Virus record (IMG/VR): IMGVR_UViG_2885028616_000003
Location: 46,985 to 110,984 of that record
Length of the DNA stretch: 64,000 nt
Reading direction: 5' to 3' (one strand)
DNA from: a virus
Lineage: Duplodnaviria > Caudoviricetes
The notes under the pieces: generated by a model
The model's database searches: none
What the model saw: only the letters and a program-made list of their open reading frames with translations
Told to the model about the DNA's origin: nothing
In this document: positions 57,333 through 64,000 of the stretch, piece after piece
Numbering within the stretch: position 1 is the stretch's first letter
Layout of the letters: every line of letters begins with the position of its first letter
Position numbers and translations under genes: made by a program

Positions 57333-57710
57333 TCACGCACCGTCCAGCGGCGCGTGGGGGTCGGCGGGCTCGAACCCGTACCAGGCCTCGGCGAGCAGCG
57401 CGGCGGCTTTCTCCAGCCCGGAGCGGTCGGCGCCGTGGCCGTTGGAGGCTTCCTCGACCAGCCGGGCGTGGACGTCCCGGATCCGGGCGGCGCGCTCACC
57501 CTCGACGGCCTTGAAGCGGTCGCGCCAGTTCAGGAGCTCCGCGACGGGCGAGGAGACCGACCCGGTGCTGTAGGGGGCCTCGTACTCGACGCGGGCGGGG
57601 TCGACCTCCTCGGTGAGGAAGCCGGCGAACCTCCGGCCCTCGGGCTCGTTCTTCATCGGCCCGTACGCGGCGACGTCCTCGGCGCCGTCGCTGACCCTCA
57701 CGACCCACAT
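57333..57710 (-). CDS. Hypothetical protein
   Basis: 125 aa; FAGFLTEEVDPA..SPVAELLNWR. Confidence 0.65.
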   Translation of the reverse strand: MWVVRVSDGAEDVAAYGPMKNEPEGRRFAGFLTEEVDPARVEYEAPYSTGSVSSPVAELLNWRDRFKAVEGERAARIRDVHARLVEEASNGHGADRSGLEKAAALLAEAWYGFEPADPHAPLDGA

Positions 57711-58149
57711 CAGGCGTCACCGCCCTCGAGGGCCACGGTCCAGAGCAGGCGGGCGCCGATCGGGGCCTTGTGCTCCATCTGGATCTGGCCGCGCGTGATC
57801 TTCAGGTACGTCAGCGAGAACTCGGGCTGACGTCCCATCCCGGCGGCCTGGTCGGCGATGTCAGTGTGGATCGACCAGACGCCGTAGGTGTCCACCACGA
57901 TGATCGAGCCGTGCTCGTCGTCACGGCGGTCCACGCGGATCTTCGCGGCCACCTGCGAGGTCCGGACCTCGGGCCGGTAGTCGCCAAGTCCCTCGTTGCA
58001 GGCGACCCAGGTGTATCGCTGCCCATCGCCGATCATGCTGCGGATCCGGTCGGCGACCGCGTTGAGGTTCTCCAGGGTGAGGAATCCGAACCAGTCCCGG
58101 CCGGACGCGATCCGGCGGACCTCGGCCGGCGTCTGCGTGTTCGTTGCCA

Positions 58150-58422
58150 TCAGGCGGCCTTCTCTCTGCTGGTGTCCGCCTTGGAGGCAGCGGACCGGTA
58201 ACCGGTCACGGTCTGGACGGCCGCCGCGTGGGCGCACTCGTCCGCGCCGCACGCGCAGGACCACACGCCGTCCGTCAGGACGACCTGGTAGGTGCCGCGG
58301 TAGCCGCGGACCAGCGCCCGCACCTCGTCCGGCCTCGTGCCGCCGGGCGGGGTGTCCGCGTGCATGATCCGGACGTTCTCGTCGCGGAGGTAGCTGAGCG
58401 CCTTGCTTCGGACGTCACTCAT
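58150..58422 (-). CDS. SWIM zinc-finger protein
   Basis: VRG..G.Y.V.....WSCAC....CAH. Confidence 0.78.
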   Translation of the reverse strand: MSDVRSKALSYLRDENVRIMHADTPPGGTRPDEVRALVRGYRGTYQVVLTDGVWSCACGADECAHAAAVQTVTGYRSAASKADTSREKAA

Positions 58423-59398
58423 CGGTCCCGCCGCCCGTCTTCTCGGCGGCGGCCTGAGCGGCGGCCTCCGCGTCGGCGGCGGACGGGTCTCCCGTGGCCG
58501 GGTCGTCGCCGGGCTCGTCGGCGGTGTCGGAGACGACCTCCCCGTCGAACACGTTGTCCGGGACGATCTGGTCGGCGGCGTCCCGCATCTCGCCGGCCTC
58601 GTTCTCGCGCATCAGCAGCTCGCGGAGTTCCGGGGAGGACGGCACCCAGTCGGCGAGCCGCCGCACGCACGACTTGCGCCACATGGCGTCGAAGTGGGTG
58701 TGCCAGGTCGAGTTGAACTTGCCCCAGTCGGGGTGCTCGGCGTACTGCTGCGGGTTGCCGCGGCGGTTCTTCTCGGCGCGCTGGTAGTTCTTGGAGAACT
58801 CGTCGCGGATCTCCTCGGCCTCGGGCCTGGAGAGGAACACGACGCGGGACCGGCCCCCGCCCTTGATCGTCGCGAACGCGTAGGCGAGGAGGATGCGGCC
58901 ACGGTCGGCGGCCAGGAGGTTGGGGCGGTGGTAGAACCGGCCGTCGTCGCCGACGGTGTACTCCCACTCGTCGGCCTCGTAGATGAACTCCGCGGTCACG
59001 GACGTGACCTGACCGGACCGGTACATCAGCTCGACCAGGCCCTGCCACTGCGCGATGAACGTGGCGGTGCGGCCGAAGGGGACGATCGCGGCCTGCTTGG
59101 TGCCGGGCTCCAGCCCGAGCCGCGCGGCCTCCAGCAGCGCGCCGAGGACGCTCGCGGGGTCGCAGTCGAGCAGGGCCGGGTTCTTGCGCATGCAGGTGAG
59201 GGCCATGCGCATGAACCGGTCGATGCCGACGTGCTTGGGCAGCGCGGCCGCGAACTCGCCCTGCATCTTGGTGAACATCTGCCGGGCGTCGGCCATCTTC
59301 CGGTCGACGGGGCTGACCTGCGTGCCCGGCTGCCCCTGGTCCTGTCCGCCGTTGCTCTGCTCGCGGCGCTGCCGGACACGGCTCTGAAGATCACTCAT
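58415..59398 (-). CDS. recT: RecT-family single-strand annealing protein
   Basis: ALPKH...DRF.R.AL...KNP.L..C...S..GAL..AA.LGLEP...GL.EL.YRSG...W..HFDAMWRKS. Confidence 0.93.
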   Translation of the reverse strand: MSDLQSRVRQRREQSNGGQDQGQPGTQVSPVDRKMADARQMFTKMQGEFAAALPKHVGIDRFMRMALTCMRKNPALLDCDPASVLGALLEAARLGLEPGTKQAAIVPFGRTATFIAQWQGLVELMYRSGQVTSVTAEFIYEADEWEYTVGDDGRFYHRPNLLAADRGRILLAYAFATIKGGGRSRVVFLSRPEAEEIRDEFSKNYQRAEKNRRGNPQQYAEHPDWGKFNSTWHTHFDAMWRKSCVRRLADWVPSSPELRELLMRENEAGEMRDAADQIVPDNVFDGEVVSDTADEPGDDPATGDPSAADAEAAAQAAAEKTGGGTDE

Positions 59399-60429
59399 GT
59401 GGAGGGTCCCTTCGGGATGCGCAGGACGCGGGCGCGGTAGCGCCTGTATGTCTCGGGGTGGTCCTTGGCGAGCGCCCTGACGTCCAGGCCGGGCATCGGG
59501 CGCGTGTACTTTTCGGCCAGCTCAGGCTCGGCCTCACGGAACCGCTTGGCCGCGAAGTTGCCGTTCTGCTTCCAGGTCACCAGCGGCTGCTTCAGCTCGT
59601 TGGTGCCGATCTCTTTCTCGCCGAGCAGGTCCTTGAGCTGGTTCTCGACCTCGGCGAGATTGATCTCCAGCGCGCCGATCTGGTCCTTGAGGTGCTGCCG
59701 CCGCGCGGCGAGCGGCATCACGACGGCCTCGTCGACGACCTTCATGGAGTCCGCGGTGGTCTCCCACAGGTGTGCGAGCAGTTCGGTCGCGGCGTCGGAC
59801 CCGTCGATCGGCGGGGCGAGCGCGTCGGGGTCGACCACCGTCTCCCAGAACTCGCCGGCGAGCGCGACGAGGTCGTCGAGGAAGGCCTCGTCGCGGTCGA
59901 TGCGGAAGTGCCGGAACTTGTTCCCGCCGATGAGGACGGCGACGTGCGCGTGGTCCAGGCCGGTGACGGCCATCCCCCAGTGGGCCTGCAGCGCGGGCCC
60001 GTCGGGGACTTCCTCGGCCCATTCCTTGGCCTGGTACTCGGAGCGGTTCTTGCACTCCAGCAGGCACGGGGCGGCGCAGCCGGTGACGGCGCGGTCGAGG
60101 TTGACGGTCATCCAGTCGCGGTCGACGTGCGCGAGTGTCCCGATCGTCGCCACCGAGGTGCCGGTGACGCGGGCGAACTTGCCGGCGATCCAGTCCTCGA
60201 GCTCCGACCCGATCTCGGCGTACTCCTCCAGTTCGGGTGAGCGGGGCAGGTCGGGCAGCTCGCCGCGCTTGTCGAGCCACACCTGGCGGGGAGTGCGGTA
60301 CTTGTCCATGCCGAGCATCGCGGCGACGTCGGAGCCGCCCATCTTGCGGACCGCGAGCCAGTCGTCTCGGTCGATCCCGTAGGGGGCAACGAGCACGGCG
60401 GTCGGCATCGCGAGCGTGGGGACCGTCAT
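59395..60429 (-). CDS. YqaJ-family exonuclease (RecE partner)
   Basis: WL..RK.GGSD.AA.LG...G.ELE...NLD...LLECKN...Q.HW.M.VTG......VLIGG. Confidence 0.93.
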   Translation of the reverse strand: MTVPTLAMPTAVLVAPYGIDRDDWLAVRKMGGSDVAAMLGMDKYRTPRQVWLDKRGELPDLPRSPELEEYAEIGSELEDWIAGKFARVTGTSVATIGTLAHVDRDWMTVNLDRAVTGCAAPCLLECKNRSEYQAKEWAEEVPDGPALQAHWGMAVTGLDHAHVAVLIGGNKFRHFRIDRDEAFLDDLVALAGEFWETVVDPDALAPPIDGSDAATELLAHLWETTADSMKVVDEAVVMPLAARRQHLKDQIGALEINLAEVENQLKDLLGEKEIGTNELKQPLVTWKQNGNFAAKRFREAEPELAEKYTRPMPGLDVRALAKDHPETYRRYRARVLRIPKGPST

Positions 60430-61100
60430 GCCGCCACCGCCAGACCGGCCGCCTCGTCAGTGGCGGCCTCGGGCTCGCTGTGGGGGGCGGGCTTGCGGGG
60501 GCGGGCGTGGCTGCCGTGCTGGAGCAGCCGGGCCGGGCGCGGCGTCGACCAGACACGGCCGTGCTTGCCGGTGTGCCCGACCCTCCAGGCCAGCGCGAGG
60601 ACGTACAGGTAGGCGGCCACGATCGCGCCGAGCGTGAGGATCATGACAGCGCTCCGGCGGGCGAAGGGATCGGGGAAGGAGTCATCCGGTCCACGAGCGC
60701 CTGCACCCGGGCCCGGGACTTCGCGCCCAGCTCGCGGAGCGCCTTACGGCCCCGGCCGTTGCGGCGGTTCTTCCACCACCGCCACGTGTAGTACGCGGCG
60801 GCCAGCCCGTAGATGGCGGACCAGACCGGCGATACGTCGATCACGTTGGCGATGAACGCGAGCCAGAGGCCGAGGGCGTAGAACCCGTCCGCGATGTGCT
60901 CTCGCTCGGGAACCGAGCTGAAGAGAGTCGTGACCGTGAAGTAGCCGCCGCTAACGGCGAACCCGGTTCCGGTCCACCCGATCACGTCTGCGAGGGTCAT
61001 CGCGCCCACCACCCGCAGTTCGCGCAGGCGCGGCCGACCTGCCGGGAGCGGCAGATCGAGCAGGTCCACTTCGGCCCGAAGAGGGCCACCACCAGGTACC

Positions 61101-61748
61101 TCACGACGCACCCCCGTACAGGGCGTCGGCGGCCTCGTTCACGCGCCGCTCGGCGTCGTCCAGGAGGCTCCGCCTGTCCTGGCCGAGGTCGGGCGCGACC
61201 TTGTCGTCCTCCACGGCCTCCTGGTGGGTCAGCTCCCCCATCAGCTCGACGAGCTTGAGCAGGCGGGCGGCCTCGCCGAGGCAGGAGTGCTCGGCGGTCT
61301 CGGCGAGCGGCTTGGCGAGCATGTCCCGCAGCGCGGCCCGCGTCTGGGTCTCGATCTCCCGGATGGCGTCGGCGTCGGTCAGCCCCTTGCGCACCACTCC
61401 CTGGCGCGCCAGGTGGATGCGGCGCAACTGCTCCTCGATCAGCTCGTCGACTTCGTCGCCGTGCTGCTCCCACGCGTTCTGGGCGATGGACAGCAGGTGG
61501 TCGCGGGCCCGGTCGCGGCGGACCTTCTCGGCGGCGGGCTCGTCCACGGCCCAGGCGGTCACGGTCCGGTACACCGGCTCGGCGTCCTGCCCCTGGTCGA
61601 GGAACTCGGAGACGGTCTGCCGCATCAGGGCCTCGTCGCCGACCGGGACGATCGTGTCGTGCAGGCCGTCGCTGGTGCGGACGGCGTACTCGGTCCGCAG
61701 CGCGAGCAGCTCGTACACGGCGCGGGGGTCGGTGCTCTGAAGCGTCAT
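61101..61748 (-). CDS. Hypothetical protein
   Basis: 215 aa co-oriented, ATGA overlap. Confidence 0.65.
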   Translation of the reverse strand: MTLQSTDPRAVYELLALRTEYAVRTSDGLHDTIVPVGDEALMRQTVSEFLDQGQDAEPVYRTVTAWAVDEPAAEKVRRDRARDHLLSIAQNAWEQHGDEVDELIEEQLRRIHLARQGVVRKGLTDADAIREIETQTRAALRDMLAKPLAETAEHSCLGEAARLLKLVELMGELTHQEAVEDDKVAPDLGQDRRSLLDDAERRVNEAADALYGGAS

Positions 61749-62895
61749 CGCTTCTCACCCGCCTGGGCGCAGTCGAGCAAGTGGCGGTCGCTGACCAGGA
61801 CGCTGACCGGGCAGTCGCAGGCCGGCCACTGCGGGCACGACCGGGTGTGCACGATCTCGCCGAACGTGGTCGACGCCTTGCACTCGCACACCGGCACGCG
61901 GTGCAAGCACGCGACGAGGCCGAACTGCTGGTGGACCTCCTCGGGGCGGTACCCGTAGTCGCCGCCGTCGAGCGGGATCATCCGGACGCGCCAGCCCTCG
62001 TCGTTGATGCCGGCGGCGTCCTTGTCGTCGTCGTAGTCGGGCCAGTACTTCTGCGCGAGCCACAGGCCTCCGTCGGCCGTGGACCAGATCTCGCCGGGCC
62101 GGGGGTCCTGCGCGGGCATGACGCGCGCCACGGTCACGCCCGGGGCGGACAGCGGCAGCAGCGGAACGTCACGGTCGCCGGTCTCGACGGCCGGGCCGCG
62201 GGCGCCGTCGAGAACGACCTTGGAGGTGATGGTGGCCCGGACGGTCTCGCCCTGGTGGTAGGTGCTCATGAGGCGCTCCCTGAGGGAAGAGCGGGCATGG
62301 GGGTGGTCGACACGGACAGCGCGAGGGACTCCGGGTCGGGGGTGCACGGCGGCTCGTTGCACACGAACCCGTGCACCCCGCTCACGTAGACCGGGACGGT
62401 CGGCAGCGGCCAGCGCTTCCCGCACTTGAGGCACTCGCCGCCGACGGCGGCGTGGTCCTTCATGCGGGTCAGGTTCTGGAGGGCCTGCGCGGTCGCGGTG
62501 GGGGCCGCGCCGGCGAGGTAGGCCAGGAGCCACTCGCGGTCGTCGGCGGAGGCCAGGGTGAGCGCCTGCCGCAGCTCCCGTGTGCTGAGGTGCTCACCGC
62601 CTCGGCGCGGCTTGGTCCTGAAGGGCCACATTTCAGGCCGCCTCGCGGGTCTTGATCGCGGTCGGCGTGGCAGGGGCGATCGGCCACATGATCGGCTGGT
62701 TGCCGTGGAAAGGGATCCGGACGCCCGGGCCCCACATGGCGCAGGCGAACGACTGCGGCGGCGGGGTGATGAAGTGGGTGATCTCGGCGGTGAATCCGTT
62801 GCCGGTCCACAGCCGGTCGCCCTGGATGACGTCCGCGCCCTGGACGGGCGTGATGTCGGTGACGGTCTGGACGGTCATGCGTGCCTCCTGGAGGG

Positions 62896-63156
62896 CTAGG
62901 AGTGACGGCGCGAGTCGCGACGCAGCGGGGCTGGGCGGCCCGACGCTCCGTCGCGGATGATCTGGGCGATGTCGGCGTCGCTGAAGGCGATGCGGTTGGT
63001 CCCGGCGATGCGGGTGTGGGCGATCTCGCCGCGGCCGGCCTTGTCGCGCAGCGTCCGCGGGGAGGTGCGTCCGCCGAGCAAGGCCGAGGCCTCTTCGGGG
63101 GTGTGGAGGTGCGGGCAGCTCTCCTCGCACGCGGCGACGGGCGGGGCGGGTGTCAT
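62896..63156 (-). CDS. Excisionase-like HTH protein
   Basis: HTPEEASALLG...SPRTLRD.A..G.I.H.RI......F...DI; follows cro. Confidence 0.75.
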   Translation of the reverse strand: MTPAPPVAACEESCPHLHTPEEASALLGGRTSPRTLRDKAGRGEIAHTRIAGTNRIAFSDADIAQIIRDGASGRPAPLRRDSRRHS

Positions 63157-63407
63157 GCCGAGTCCCGGAGGGTGTCGCCGAGGCTGATCTCGTCGATGTC
63201 GACGCCGAGTTCTTCGGCGAGGCGTCTGGCGAGCTGGTCGGAGGGGCGTTTGCGGCCGTGCTCGATGTTGTCGATGTGGCTGTAGGAGCTGCCGCAGCGG
63301 GTGGCGAGTTCGCTCTTGCGGAGGCCTCGCTGCTGCCGCAGCTTGCGGATCTTGGCGCCGCGAAGCTTTCGGGTTGCTTCGGCTTCGTCGCCGCTGTGTT
63401 GCGCCAT
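63153..63407 (-). CDS. Cro-like XRE regulator
   Basis: GAKIRKLRQQRGL...ELA...G.S.SHI.NIE.G.K.PS......LA..LGV. Confidence 0.88.
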   Translation of the reverse strand: MAQHSGDEAEATRKLRGAKIRKLRQQRGLRKSELATRCGSSYSHIDNIEHGRKRPSDQLARRLAEELGVDIDEISLGDTLRDSA

Positions 63408-63410
63408 GTC

Positions 63411-63572
63411 CGTCACTGTAGGAAGAGAACGGAAGGTGCGTCAAGCGTTTTCGGAAGAGAAACGAAGCATCGTCGCGAGAACGTTCGAAGGAATCGGAAG
63501 AGAAGGATCATCGGGGCCGTAGAGGTAGCGAAACCTCACCTAGACTCTTCCGATCTCTTCCGTCATAGTGGG
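63411..63572. promoter_or_regulatory. Divergent cro/cI promoters with five GGAAGAG operator-like motifs
   Basis: Minus strand TTGACG-18-TACAGT 7 nt before ATG; plus strand TAGACT-17-CATAGT 8 nt before ATG; GGAAGAG at 63421, 63453, 63496 and inverted at 63545, 63555. Confidence 0.75.
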
Positions 63573-63577
63573 CAACC

Positions 63578-64000
63578 ATGGAAGACGACTGGCTACGGCT
63601 GGCCGATTACTTGGTCACCGAGCGTGTGCACCGCCACCTGGATCTCCGGGACCTCGCCGCGATTACCAAGGTCAGCGAACGTACCCTGGGCAAGATCGAG
63701 AACGGTCAGCGCGTCAGCCGAGACACGCTCGCCGCCATCGAGCTCGCCTTCGGCTGGCCGCCCGGGACCTGCCGCAGCATCCTGCTCGGCGGGCAGCCCC
63801 CCGCCGCTCCCGACAAGTCACCGGACGCTGTCGCCGACGGCGTGCGATACCCGCCCTGGGCCGCCGGCGACCCGTTCTACGAGCACATCTACCGAGGACC
63901 GGCGTCCGATGAGGACAAGCTGGTCGCGATCCGCGCTGTTGTGACGCATCGGGAGGTGACCAGCGGAGCGCACAATGTTCCCGGCAGGAGACGCGCGTGA
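63578..64000 (+). CDS. Immunity repressor-like XRE protein
   Basis: W.RLA......R...L...DLA....VS.RTL.KIE.G......TL..IE..FGWPPG; divergent from cro. Confidence 0.82.
   Translation: MEDDWLRLADYLVTERVHRHLDLRDLAAITKVSERTLGKIENGQRVSRDTLAAIELAFGWPPGTCRSILLGGQPPAAPDKSPDAVADGVRYPPWAAGDPFYEHIYRGPASDEDKLVAIRAVVTHREVTSGAHNVPGRRRA

Larger units (their letters stand above)
1..64000. mobile_element. Temperate actinophage/prophage (siphovirus-like), extends beyond both window ends
   Basis: Ordered modules: repressor/cro, RecET, rep/ori, terminase, portal, capsid, tail, tape measure; many overlapping ATGA/TGATG gene junctions. Confidence 0.97.

Noticed and set aside
1-64000. tRNA, rRNA, integrase, att site, endolysin/holin cassette
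   Set aside because: None recognised; integration and lysis modules probably lie outside the window

Overview
The whole window is part of a temperate siphovirus-type (pro)phage from a high-GC actinomycete, almost all on the minus strand. From right to left: a cI/cro immunity switch (63.2-64.0 kb); an early operon with excisionase-like HTH, YqaJ exonuclease, RecT, Lsr2-domain, LexA/XRE and vWA genes; a replication initiator with an iteron/DnaA-box origin (about 42 kb); many small early genes including an RNA-ligase-like gene and a displaced TerS-like gene; a 10 kb accessory island (21.2-31.3 kb) with two HEPN-motif genes, a lipoprotein, a DUF932 operon and a mirrored twin promoter; then the late operon from terminase to tape measure. 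Integrase, att sites and lysis genes are not in the window. Two candidate RNA-guided systems stand out. (1) A lone Cas7/RAMP-like gene (44131-44847) sits beside a 1 kb non-CRISPR array of 24 units built as GTC plus n pentamers (mostly GGY-NN). (2) A nuclease-less Nop-domain (TIGR-Tas/IS110-related) gene (52911-54275) carries dual-spacer stem-loop units (CCA-N9-CG-N4-CCA-N9-CG) inside its own reading frame: six units plus a half unit at the 5' end and two in the middle of the Nop-like domain. All calls come from reading motifs by eye; no database searches were run.
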